Of a stretch of DNA of 64,000 nt, positions 26,720 through 38,949 are shown piece after piece. Origin of the DNA: Lama glama (taxonomy: Eukaryota); contig CM052816.1 of NCBI GenBank assembly GCA_028534125.1, forward strand, positions 81,408,001-81,472,000, in the 5' to 3' direction. Every line of letters starts with the position of its first letter. The first letter of the stretch is position 1. Made by a program: the position numbers and the translations under genes. The notes beneath the pieces are model-generated. The model was not told the origin of the DNA, made no database searches, and was given only the letters and a program-made list of their open reading frames with translations.

Positions 26720-26885
26720 CTGGGCTTGCTCCATCGTCCCATCAAATTTCACTTAAAAAACACAAATTTAAAGATGAAATGATTCAGAATTTGAAGGCCA
26801 AAAGTGCAGAGCATCAAACCCCAAGGCCTTCTAAGGGCAGGCCCTACACGATTGCACTAGTTGTGTGTCCAAGAAGCAAGCCCTG
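26720..26885 (-). mobile_element. MER91-like hAT-Tip100 DNA transposon
   Basis: Reverse complement cagggcttgcttcttgg...cttagaaggcc...tttgatgctctgc...tgtgttttttaagtgaaatttgatgggacgatggagca resembles the recalled MER91A consensus. Confidence 0.7.
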
Positions 26886-27383
26886 GCCACAGGCACCCGT
26901 GCTAATATAATGACTCTGGTGGAAGATCAGGGAAAGTTGAAAGTCCTTTGAAAAATAAGAAAGTAAAAAATGTGTTCAGACTGTAAAAATCTGCCCTGCC
27001 ATTACACTTTGAAAAGTAAAAACTGCTGTGACATATAAAGTGATATTATTTGTCCCCACAGTTAACTTCATTCCCAGCACCTCCCTAAGGAGTGCTGGCC
27101 TTCCCAAGTAGAACTGACCACCCTTTCACTGTACTCCTTCCTAATTTATATAATAAATGTTCAGAACATGGGCTTTGGAATCAGACACACCTGGGTTGGA
27201 ATCCCCATTCTATCAGTGACTTATGAGACCTGAGCAAATTACTTGCATCTGCTCTTCTTCTTGGAAACCCAGGATAATGCAGCTTAGTGGTGGCTCCCGC
27301 GCTGCTGGACTGGATAGGCTTAAGGACGGCAATCTGGTTGGAGATGAGGCCACAGGCCTTGTCCTGACCTATGTTCACAAAAG

Positions 27384-27743
27384 TGTTACCGGGAAAAGGA
27401 AAATAAAATTACCTCAGTTATTAGTCACCTGAAAAAAAGATTTTTGACGAGAGACAAAAAGCGTGATATAAGCAAGATTTTTATTAGCAAAGTAAAAAAA
27501 AGAAAAATAGTGAAAGATGGTGCACTCCCGAGAATTGGGAGCAGGCCAATCCAAGAGAGGAAAAATGGCGCCCTCCTTTTTCCTATTTTTATATCCTGGT
27601 TTCAGGGTGATTGGTTGATTGATTGACAACTCAGGGTCCTTGTGCTCTGGTTAATTGATAGCTCAGGTTCCTTGCGTTCTGGATTGTTCCTTTCCCCTTC
27701 CTCTCCCCTTGTCCAGAGCTCATTTCGATCTAACTACCTAACA
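27384..27743 (-). mobile_element. Putative solitary ERV LTR
   Basis: Termini TGTTA...TAACA. On the minus strand, in order: ~32-bp imperfect U3 repeats, CCAAT (27610-27614), TATAAA (27588-27593), AATAAA (27480-27485). No TSD visible. Confidence 0.65.
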
Positions 27744-28329
27744 TAGGCACATTTGTTTTCGCTTGGATTTTATGTTTCTTTGGAGTGGTTTTGGAGGTGG
27801 AGGGGGGATGTCATAGAGATGAAGAGGGTAAAGAGCCTTACCTGTTGATGAGATTAATGCTTAGGCAGTGTCTGATGCCAAAAAAATTAACTGCAAATAA
27901 TAATTTTTTTCCCCATTATACTGAATTTCTTGAGAGCTGGGACTTGTCTTATTCATCTGTGTCTAACACAGAGGTTGGTGCCAAATGTCGAATTTAAATG
28001 AATTTTCTTTGCAATCTTCACTAAAAATGAGGGGATTTATCGCTACTTTGGGAGAGTGGGTAAAAGAATTCTCTTAAGGGCTTCTGATATTCTGTTAGAA
28101 ACACAAAGAAACAAACCAAAAAGTCTGGGAAAAAATGAGGGCGACAAAGCCTTTTACGATCAAACATTCAAATCTATTCCTAAGTGCCTGTTAACACTTG
28201 GCTTGCCTCATTTTTGTTTGTATTTAAAATAGTAAGCCGGAACATCACTGATGTAGACTTGAAATTCATTTGGCGGATTCGATACACTACACCTCTGTAA
28301 GTTTTATTCCAAAACAGCAAGGAAAGCGG

Positions 28330-29490
28330 GGAAAACGACTGCAGTGAACCAATGCTCACAACTTAAGCGACCGCAGGATCTCCGGACGACGGCGACATTC
28401 TTGCTATCCAATCACCGGGGAGTCCGGAGACAAAGCTCTTTGGACTGGCCAGAGGAAACGTCTCTCCAGGTTCATTCCAGAAGGGGCTCGGCATGGCCCT
28501 CCGCGGGCAGAGCCTTCTGGCCAATCAGAGAACTCGTGGGGAGGGCTTTGCCGCAAGAAAGGGGAATGGAGCCTATCTAGGAAGGCGAGTATCTGCCAAT
28601 CAGACAGGCCGGTCGCGAAAGGAGGGGGCGTGGCCTCCGGCTCCGACTCCTTGCGCCGGCGCGCGGAGTGGGCGGGGCCCACGGGCCTGGGCGGGGCCCA
28701 CGGGCCTGGGCGGGGCGAGCGGTGTCAGCGGCGGAGCCGGATGCGGGCGGCGCCGCGGCAGCCGCGGCCCTGGGGATGGGCGGAGCCCCCGCCGCCAGTG
28801 CTGGTGGCCGCTGCGAGCGGCCGCCTCTGCTCCCGCGCGTCGCAGCTTCCCAGGGCGGCGGTATGCTGGGGAAAGGGGTAGTCGGCGGTGGCGGCGGCAC
28901 CAAGGCGCCCAAGCCCTCCTTCGTGTCGTACGTGCGTCCCGAGGTGAGGGAGGGGGAGCCGCGCGGGCGGGGCGTCGGGCTGGAGCCGCCGGGGCAAGGG
29001 GCGCCGGGAGCCCCTTCCCTTCCCCGTAGCCGGGAGGGCCGCGGGCGCTTCCTGTCCTTGTGCCGGAGGGGAGCAGGGCAGGGTGAGGCCCAGAGGGGCA
29101 CGCTGGGCCCCACGCCAGCCCTGGTGGGGACCCCCGGCACGGGCAGGCAGGTGCCCAAGTGCAGGGCCCGGCTCGCTGGCGACCAGGTGAACGGGCCCGA
29201 GCAGGGAAGGTACTTCGGCCCGGCACGCTCCTGGCTACAGTGGAGGGGAGCTGGGGTGTGGGGCACCGCGGGAGGGGAAGGGCTGGTGAGTCTGGACCCC
29301 CGTGGGGACCTCCCCAGAGCCTGCAGTCGGAGCGGGTCTGCCCTGCCCTTGGAATTTCTCAGTGAGTCTGTAGAGCTTGCTTATCTCAGCAGCTTACTCC
29401 TGAGAGTGCTGTTCGATGTCGCTGGCGGGATACCGTGCAAGTGCCTCCTGCCTCCCATCAGCACTGCGGGGAGCAACTGTGGGTCGGTCC
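28330..29490 (+). promoter_or_regulatory. MTMR12: MTMR12 CpG-island promoter
   Basis: Very high GC and CpG density around exon 1. CCAAT boxes at 28349, 28408, 28521 and 28596; GGGCGGGG boxes within 28669-28716; no TATA box seen. Confidence 0.9.
28863..28943 (+). CDS. MTMR12: MTMR12 (myotubularin-related protein 12, 3-PAP) coding exon 1
   Basis: MLGKGVVGGGGGTKAPKPSFVSYVRPE matches the recalled human N-terminus; donor gtgagg at 28944; 81 nt. Confidence 0.95.
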
Positions 29491-29589
29491 TGGCCTTAGT
29501 CTCTGCCTCTCTCTTGTAAATTCCCCTCTGTAGCTTTTCCCTCCCCTTTCATTTCATCCCCTCTTGCTTTCCTCCTGGAGTTTCACTGT

Positions 29590-29960
29590 CAAGCTCATTC
29601 ATTCGTTCAGAAAATATTTTTTGCGCTCCTACTCTGTGCCAGGCACTATTCTGAACATTTGGGGTGTACATCAGTGAACAAAAATAAAAGATCCCTGTTC
29701 TCCCGGAGCTGCTTTGAGGGAGAGAGAAGTGCACAGTAGATAAAATAGGGATATAAGTAAATTATTTGGTGTATTAGAAGTTTAAAAGTATCATGGGAAA
29801 AGAAAAGACCCCCTTTTCCTTCTTTGCTGAAAATTTCAGCAAAGACTTGAAGGATGCTTGGGATCTGAGGGAGGAGTAGTGCAGGTAGAGGGAAGAATCT
29901 GGAGTGTTGGAGGGGCATGGAGGAAGCCTGTCTTGCAGAATCCTGTCGGTGAGGGGAAAA
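29590..29960 (-). mobile_element. L2 3' fragment
   Basis: cattcattcgttcagaaaatattttttgcgctcctactctgtgccaggcact (antisense L2 tail). Confidence 0.75.
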
Positions 29961-32900
29961 GTCATAGGAGAGGAGGTTAAAGAGGTTAGCTTGTAGGCCA
30001 AGCTGAGGGCTTCTTGAGTAATAGCTCCCAATCCAAATGCCTGCTTAGATGCGTTCTCATTTAGGATTTCTGAAGGGTTTTTTTTTCTGCTCCTCTCTCA
30101 GCATTTTAACCAGCAGCGGTGCAGAGGCACTAACAAACTCTTCAGCCATCTTCCCGCCTCTGTAAAGCCAAGGCAGGTGAACTGTGGTTGAGAGGTCTTG
30201 ATCAAGGGCCGCTTCTGTAAGACCACCTGTAACCTGAAGTCTTTGCGTATGTGTTTTTAATTTCAAATGTGTGCATTTTTCTCCTGTGGAGAGTCCTCTT
30301 GAAATAGGTCTTGTTTTTAGTCCTGATTTTAAAATAAAAACCATTTCCTCTTGTAAATGCTTGATAAGGAGTCAGGGTCATCTTGAATTTTCAGCAGGTT
30401 CCCTTATAGTATTGAGAGTGAGTAGTGTGGTCAGTTTCTCTTTGTGTCTTTTTTATTGCACCCAGTTTGAAATACAGCTGATCTTTTAACCTCTCCTCTT
30501 CAGTGAAATTAAACTACAAGTGGAAGGTCTGAAATGTGGCCAGAGTTCAAGAATGTTCAAATTTTTTATCCACCAAATGCACATGTCGTAATTAGACATG
30601 TTTTTCCTTCTTTGCCCACAGCGCCTGCTTTATTTCCTTTGAGGGATAATTAGGGAAGGGGAGTGGTTCAGCCTCAAAATAAGCTTGAAGTGGTTACATT
30701 TTTCAGATCCTTACAGTTGGCAGTTTTGTTTTCTTGCAGTAAAATAATGCTTTGTAGACACTATGCTTCTTTGTTGAAATCTGTCTCTAAAAATATTTTG
30801 TAACAGAGAATAAAGCTCTGACCTAAATTGTGGGTAGTTTTTAGAAGATAAGCAAATGAGGAGGTGAGAAAGCAATTTGTCTTTAAGGACGATGTAGCTT
30901 TTGCTAGCTATTACAGAATCAGAAATGCAAATGAACATGTTTGAGGCGGAGCTTTTGCGTTTCTGAGCCTTTGAGAGCACTCGGTCTGGTAAACTTCTCC
31001 TGACTCATGTAATAGGAGTCCTTCAGAACACCTTTCTGAAGACTGTCATTCTATTCCTTTCCTTCATATTGCCTTTATCTTTACTACCTTTTCTGTATGT
31101 TTTCCTGTCACTTACTTCTTTGTGTGCACTTTGCTTTGGGAGCTGGGAAATCCCAATTTCTTAGACACCTTTTTGCTGGTAGATCACTGAGCTGCCAGAA
31201 CAACCTTCACACCTTTTCTGTGTGAAGTGCCTTATGATACCTGTGCTGGTCATGAACTTGTTCTTGTCTGATCAGATCTGGGAAGGTTCAACAGTAGCTG
31301 CGTTCTGTATGCCTGAGAGGTTATCAAGAATCAGGACTTTCTGTTAAAAACAGAAGGCTTAACTGGATAAAGTATTTGGAGATGATGCCTTTAAACATGA
31401 GAGCTTTTTTTCCCCCTCGTGCTCAGAAAGGATTGACATTGGATACCCTAAAATGAAGGGTAGGAGTTAACTTCATCTGTTAAAATTGGATCTGTGCCAC
31501 AGTAACTTGGGCTCTTCTGTCACTGCTTCTTCTAAATCAGTGAATGTGAAAGTTAAAATCTTGAACTATAATTTGGGACCTTTGGTCATGTTTTGTAAAC
31601 TCTGCCCAGAGGCTTGCAAATTAGGAAAGAGCATAAATGAGAAGCCAGTGGCTCTGGAAGCTGAGGTGAACAGGAGGGAGAGATCTGGGCCTGTCTTGGT
31701 AATACCTGATGGCTGGTACCTGAACACATCTCAGCCCCTCCATCCCAGCTTAGGTGCAAAGGATGTGGGCGTCTTAGTGCGGGGAACCCTGGATGCTGAG
31801 CTCTGCTTCAGGGAAGCATTTGGTTATAGTTTGGGTGCTAGATCCACTTTTCTTGTTGAATAAAATACCTGTTTGAATTATTTCAGAAGCCATAAGTGTT
31901 CATTGTAGAAAAATGAGATAATATAGTTAAGCAAGCAAATTTTTTAAGGAAAAATTATAAGCTTATGTTAATTTGGAGTATATCCTATCAGATATGTGCG
32001 TAGGTTTTTTTTTTACCAAAATAGGATTAATATTGCTCATTGTATTATTTTGTAATATGCTTTTTCACCAGAAATGTATTTTGTATAAGTCTTTCCATGT
32101 CAATTGTTAACCTGTAATGTAGTTTTAAATTAGACCCTTTTTCCTCAATAGAAACACACAGTGTGATGGGGAGATGTTAGGTAGCACAAAGAGCCCAAGA
32201 AAGTGTTGTGGTTTTTAAATGGTTTTCTAGTTAGTCACCTTCTCTGGTGCCGAATGACAGTTCTGATTCTTTAAGACTATCAGTTCTCTGCTCCGTTGAA
32301 ATTGTGAGCACTGGTTTGGGAATTGATAGTGGTTAGAAATGCTTAGTGTCTGTACCTGGCAGCTTGTACACAGAGGACCATCAGGTGATCCTGAGAGGGA
32401 GTTTTGATTTAGTAAGAGCGGGTTCCGTTGTGATAAGGAAGCTGAATAAAAGCTTCAGGGTGCTGCTGTGTTGTTCTCTGAAACCGAGACTAGGAGAAAT
32501 TCAGCTTTTAGAGTCAGCTGTACTTGTCCATATTTGTGTGTATTCCACATATGATTAAGATGTTCTTTCTAGTAGAGTTTAGATCAGTGTTTGACTTGAA
32601 TGTACTAGTAATAGTTATTAATTACTTAGTTTTGGATTTTTTAGATTTGGGAGAGAATTTAAAGGTGATCCACTCCACCACTGTATTCTTCCTCTCTTAC
32701 GTAGATGTGGCCCTGCAGGGTTCCGTGTCCTGCCCAGGGCTACACTGTTAATGCACAGCTGTCTCCTAAGGAGAGCACTGCCTGTGGCTAAGCCAGACCT
32801 GCAGGAGCTCAGGGAAGGTTTTGTGTAGATGTTGGGGGGAAAAGGTAAGAAGAGTCATGAAGGTTGAGAATGGCCCCAAAATCCAAACTTAAGAGCCATT

Positions 32901-35900
32901 CAGTTGCCTAGTCCTCATTCAAGGCTGTTTCTTTTGGTGGGGAGAAGATATGCCTGCAAGTATATATCAAATTTTAATTTAAAAAATGAGAATTTACTGA
33001 TACTTATTAGCTCTTCCGTGTCCCAGAAACTGCTTATACAGTTAATTTGTTTGACAGATAGTTATTCAGCACCTGCTAGTACCAGGCACTGTTTTAGATG
33101 TTGGGGATCCAAAACCAGTGAAATGATGGAGCTTATTTTTTGATGGAGCACTGTGGTATTGGACTCTGACTTTCAGGGCTTTGATGGGTGGATGACAAGA
33201 AGAGATTGGCTTATCCCCAAACAGCCCTCCTTCCTTCTCCTTGCAATAAGAAATAACCTTTTAAAGCAAAATCTAGATCCATTACTTGAAGTCTCTATAA
33301 CTTTTTCTCCATTCCAAAATAAATTTTAATGGCAGAATTTTCTCCTTGAGCTTCGAGGTCATTGACGGTGATTAAACAGGACATTATGGGACATTAAAAG
33401 TTCTTCCTAAAATGACCACTTTCTTAATTGTGGCTTTAGGCTGATGATCTGTCCAGAGCTTCCGCTTTTTTTCTCCTGCATGTGCTTCCTGCGGCATCTC
33501 CCTGGGTCCTGTCCAGCACTGCGCAGCTTCTTCAGATAGAGCATCAGAAGATATCATGAGGCTGCTGTCAAGCAACACTTCCTGCAGCCCATCTGACAGC
33601 TGCCACTGGACAGCCCCGTCTCCTCTGCACCCTACTTCCGTCTCTGAAGTTAAAACCAGGGCTGCTGTCAAAGTCTTAGGCTGTGGGGAACCCAAGCTTA
33701 GAAATTTAGAGCTCTGGATCCTTCTCTGAACATCCTCCATGGAATGTTTGCTGTTCTTTGACTACTTCCACATTAAACCATCCTGTGTCACAGCGTGCTT
33801 TAGAGAGAACTCTAAAAATTTTTTAATCCCTGTAAAAGATGTTTACCTTATTTTTGTGATAAAGACAATGTAATAAAGTTGTAGACTTTGGGAGTGAGAA
33901 AAATAAAATTATCCTTAATTATACGACCCTAATAACCAAAACAATTATTCCCACTTTTTAGTATGTGTAGGCTTTGTGTGTGTATATCATATGGTGGCCA
34001 TGGTAGTACGTGTGAAAATTTAGAGCCTGCCCCATGGCTTTCGTATTTGAAGGTGACACCGCTGATTGCTGTCAGCAGGGCGGAAACTGAGTTATTTCTC
34101 CAGCAGGAAGCTTTCCTCAGTTTGTCATCAGGTTTCTCATCTCAGTTCAAATGTGCCCTTTTTGAGTGGGTTTGCAGTTTAGTAAATCATTTAAGATAAA
34201 CCTCTTAAGACGGATTAGCAGGTAGGATTGAGCTGGAATAACTCTTCTCACCTCTTATCTAGTGTTGTTCTGAAAGGAGGAAGAGGGGCAGGAGAAACGG
34301 AGAGGGACTGCAGGAGGGAGCGCAGCTGTCCGAGCGCTTGAAGGGCTCCGGGCCTCCCCTCGCTGTGGTCCCGTCCGCACACCTGGAGCGTCCCACTCCG
34401 AGGCAAGCAGGCGCTTCATCGCTCTCCCTTGCTAGCTGTGCGCGAGGCCAGTGCACTGGGCCTCAGTCGTATTTCTGCCTGAAAGATGGGACTAATAATA
34501 TCTGTCTAGCTGATAGGTGTACGTGAGCGTGTGTGAGCATCACCTGTGGCTGTGCGCGCACAGCCCTTCGCGGAGCACGTGGCGCGTGGGTAGCCTTCAG
34601 TGGTGTGAGCTGTCCTTGCTGCTGTGATTCAGAAGCTGCTCGGATGGTCTCAGAAATGACTTACTCATTAATCCTAGAGTCCTGAAGTCTCTCCAGGCTG
34701 GGGTATTAATGAAAGTGGACTATTTAGTTGTTGTGGTTGTTGCCATGGTGTCACGCCAGGAAAGTTCACTGGGTGGTAACTCTTAGAGTATTTTTCACTA
34801 TCTCTGAAAGTTTCCTTTCCTCTTTTCTTTGTTTCTTTATACATTTGAAAATGATTTTGTTCAATTTAAAATTCCAACCTAATGAGAACATTTTGTAGTG
34901 GACTTTATTCATTGTTAACATTTGGCCTTTGACGTTTTGCTGGATTCATTCTGTGGACTTATTTTTCCCCTTCCCTCGTTTCTGAATCTCCATCATAGGC
35001 CAGGTTTTGTCCACTTATCACATCTGATTGATGATTTACTTAAGATATTAGTAAGTGAAATCATATTACCTCTGGGAGTAGTAATTCTCTTTACCTATTT
35101 CAAAGGCAGCTGCCAGACTGGGCTGTTTTGATTTTATATGTAAATGCCTTTGCCTCCTGTGCCCCTTCGACATTCCTTGTTGACCTGCCTAGTGGGCAGC
35201 CTTTCAGAGGTGGCGTCTAAGCCATCACTTGTGTGCTTTGGGGAAGAGATGGGATTCAGCCATGAAAGCAGGGCTTGTGTGTGGAAGTCCTGGCCACAGT
35301 GGTGAATAGTTTGAAGTCTGCCTTTCCCTTGTGACACATTGCCAATCCCAGTTTCAGGCACTAGTCCTGAGCTGCTGGACTTTTTGCTTTTGTTTTAGTG
35401 AGGAGAGTTTTTTTAAGATTCCTGGGAATATCTTTGAAGGGAATGAACTGTTTTTTGGATGAAAAATCTCACTGTGTTTCTGCCTTTTCTCTAGACATGA
35501 AAATGAATTCCTGTTTTGCTTTAACCCCTTGAGATGCACTTTCCAGCGTGACTTTATCTCACCTGTGGCACTGGATGCCCATCTTCCCAGCAGGCTCATT
35601 TTGCACATGGGAAGAAATGCCATGTCTCCCCAGCTCAGGACCTGACACGTGACAGGTGCTTAACACCTTCTAGATGCTGCTATTCCTGACCGTAACGTGA
35701 AGTGGAAGAATCATTGGGTGTGTAACTCTCATTTGCTAAGCACTGTGTCAGAATTAGGAATGAAAAGGAAAAGCAGTCTGTGTGCTTAGGAGGTTCACAT
35801 TCTGCTGGAGAGATGGCAAGTCGGCAGATGGCGTGACGCGCGGAGGTAGGCGCTGCCTGTTGATGGTGGCGGAGGTTGCCGTGCGATGCTCTCGGGCTGG

Positions 35901-38900
35901 CGGGGGGCCCACTGCGGCACCTGCGGCTGCGTGGGACTTGGAAAGGGCAGCATTGAAGTGGGCTCTGCTGTGGGGCAGAGGAGGAGGATGCAGTGGGCAG
36001 ACAACAGAGACAGCTCAAAAGGCTCGTAGGTGGGCTGAGACCAGGTGGTTGGAGCATCTGTCCTCATCCTTTATATAATAAGATGTGTGCGGGTGCAAGT
36101 GAGGCAAGTCCCGAAGAGTCGAATCCAGGGAAGCTGCTGGGAGGTGTGGAGCGTTCCCTCCATTCTGTGGGTGCTGCTTTACCCTGAGGTCAGTCTGGCT
36201 CTTGGTGAGCCTGTAGGGAGCTTCTCATTTGCCCCTCTTTCCTCTTGCTCCAAGACCAGGGGAAAGCTCCTGCCCCAAGGCTCTTGGCCCCTCGGCTGAC
36301 CTGGTGTTTACACAGCAGTCCTGGAGGGGCACCGGGAGGGGAGGCACAGGAGGCAGCACCATATGTTTCTGCAGCTGCTGTTGGTCACATCAGTTAGCTT
36401 AAATGATAAACTCTGACAGCACCATGACTGCCACCTGCCACCTCTCTTCTAGCACTTGTAACATTCCAGTGCTACTGGAATTAAAATGTAATGTAGGGGG
36501 TTCAGAGCGTGGCTTTGGACTTACAGCTTTCCTGCCTGTTGTATGGATTTAGGCTGGGTGTGTAACTTCTCTGAGTCTCAGTTTCCCAATCTGTGAAATG
36601 GAAGTAAAAGCCAGTAAGAGTGTTGTTAGTCTTGAGTAAAGCCACCTGTGGAAAGTAGCTAACACGGTTCACCTTGGCAGGTGACAGTAACAAGGTGCTG
36701 ACTGCCATGGTTGCTGCTGCTGTTCACCCCGGGAGCTGCAGCTGTGTGTGCTCTTCATGTGTTCATTCCTTGGGCCACCAGGGCAGGTCCTGAAGCAGAG
36801 ACTTGACCTGCGTTCCCTTCCAGCGTCGGTCTCCCCTTGCACACTCAGAGGCTTGTGGAGAGCCAGGGGTGCCATCCCTCTTGTCGGCCCCTGCTGTAAC
36901 CACAGTGGGTGCCTTTTCCACCTGCCCTCTGACACAGTTTTCTTTTTCAGTGAGTGTTTTGATGGATTTCCGTTCTGTCCTCCTATAACAGTGTCTTCCC
37001 TTGTCTCCAGGGCTTCCAGGAGGACCTGGGGTTTGGGCAGCGTGTTAGGTCCTGGGCTTATACCTCCAGTTCAGCGCCACTTCCCTCCTTTTAAGTCAGC
37101 CTTCCCATCACGTGTTGTCCAGACCAGTCACAGTCCCCAGGGTATCCTCTGTGGGGAGCCTCTGTGGTGCTCTGTCTTCATTTCCGTTGCCTTTCTTCCT
37201 GCTAACCTCTCCTCTCATGCCGGGACCACCGACCACAACTGCTTAACTGGTCTCTCCACCTGCTGCTGCTCCCTTCTGCACCCCTGTCCCCTGGGCACCA
37301 CAGACAGGACATGTGTCATTTTCCTATTTAGGAGTCCTGCATGCTCCTGGCCCTTTCCACTGGTCCAGATCTTAACACACTCCCCAGGCCCACCTCAGAC
37401 TCTTCCTGCTTCTGGCTCGTTGAAAGAGCAGTAGCTTGGATTTGGGGGCCCTGGGCTCTGGCCATCTTTTCTGAGTGTCCTTCAGGAAGCCCCTTTACCT
37501 CTTTGGGTCTCATTTCCTGATTTGTAGAGTTGGATTAGGTAAGGGTTTTGAAATATATTTTATGCAAGGAACTGTTTTTTGTTTTTGTTTTTAAACACCA
37601 TGGTTCTTTGAGAAACTTTCAAAACACACTGTCCGAAGTCCAGCTGTAGAGACACAGACACACCTGGGGCGGGGAGGGGTGGGTACGTGCTGTAGGAACC
37701 TGCATTCTTGTCAGTTAAGTCTGATCTCTTCCTTCAGCCCCTGCTGAGAACTGCTGTTTCAAATGAAATCGTAGACGAAACTCCAAAACAGAGAAAGGCC
37801 AGAGGCAAAAGGGTGTGAGAGGGACCGTGTGAAACACAGCAGCCGGCGCAGGACCAAGGCTCCTGTTACTTCAGCCTCTGCTTCTCAGATCTTTCCTGGA
37901 ACTGGCATCCTCCTCTCTTGTCCCGTGGTACAGGCTGTCTGTAGCTCTGGGTTTTTGGTGATGCTGTTGAGCGTTTATTCTCTACTCCTTTGTGTGTAAT
38001 TGCTCTGTGTCTGTAGCTCTTATCTCCCCAGCAGAACTGTGAGCGCCTGAGGGCAGGGCTGCAGTGTGGCCTTGTGGAGCTCAGGGTGGCCTCAGGGTGG
38101 CCTGCTAGACGTGGCCCGGGGCCGTCGCTGGTGAGGGCCTCAGAAGGCAGCCACGAGAGTGTCACTCAGAGGTCATTTTTATTTCTCCTGCAGGGAGGTT
38201 TGGGAGAGTTGAGGTTGAGAACTGCATGAGGAACCTCAGTGTGGTCGCTGACTCTGCTCTTGGTCTTTGTGTCCCAAGAGTCGGCTCTGGCATGAGGTGC
38301 TTTGCCTAAAAATACTCCTTTTCACTCTCACCGTTGGTGCTTAGTTTGGTAAACTGGAGAGGTAAACCAGTGACCTGCATGGGTGCCTGAAGCCCGGCTG
38401 TTCCCCAGGGTGTGTCTCCGGCTGCCCTTGACTTCCTCCGGCAGTGCCTGTTCCAGCGAACGAGCAGCGAGTGAGCGGATCCTGTTGGCTGCAGATGAGC
38501 CAGCTGTTTTCGTGAGGTCAGACCTGTGGGCTCTGAGGCTGGTACTGCTATGTGGGCCTTACCGTTTCCTCTCTGGCTTGAGTTTCTTACTAGGGAGAAT
38601 CTGATTGTTTGTATTATTTAAAGGCCTGGGGAGTGCCTGGCAAGAATGATCCTTGCTGAGAAGCCCGAGGAATCGTTCCACTGCACTCAATAAATGATGA
38701 ACTGTCAAAACAGGTGAGGGCTTTAGTTTGGGTCTTAGTGAGCAGTTACTTTCTCCCTTAAAAAACCTCTGAGATAAGGGAAACAGATCTGATGTGAGGG
38801 AAAGGATTTAGAAGGGACACATGAGTGAGCACTGCTTAGCTATTAGGGTGAGCACACTGCCAAGGGTTGTTGCCCCGTTCCCTGTCCTGTGACTTTTTGC

Positions 38901-38949
38901 AGTTGAAGGAACACTTGATGGTATTAATTTGTAATAGGAAAAGCATTTA

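Noticed and set aside
28404..29519. Overlapping long ORFs (178-283 aa) on both strands
   Set aside because: Stop-codon scarcity in a CpG island; the products are low-complexity G/A/R/P. Only 28863-28943, and possibly 28776-28862, is supported as coding.
36748..37434. 228-aa intronic ORF
   Set aside because: Non-ATG start, no recognisable domain, and part overlaps L2-like sequence.
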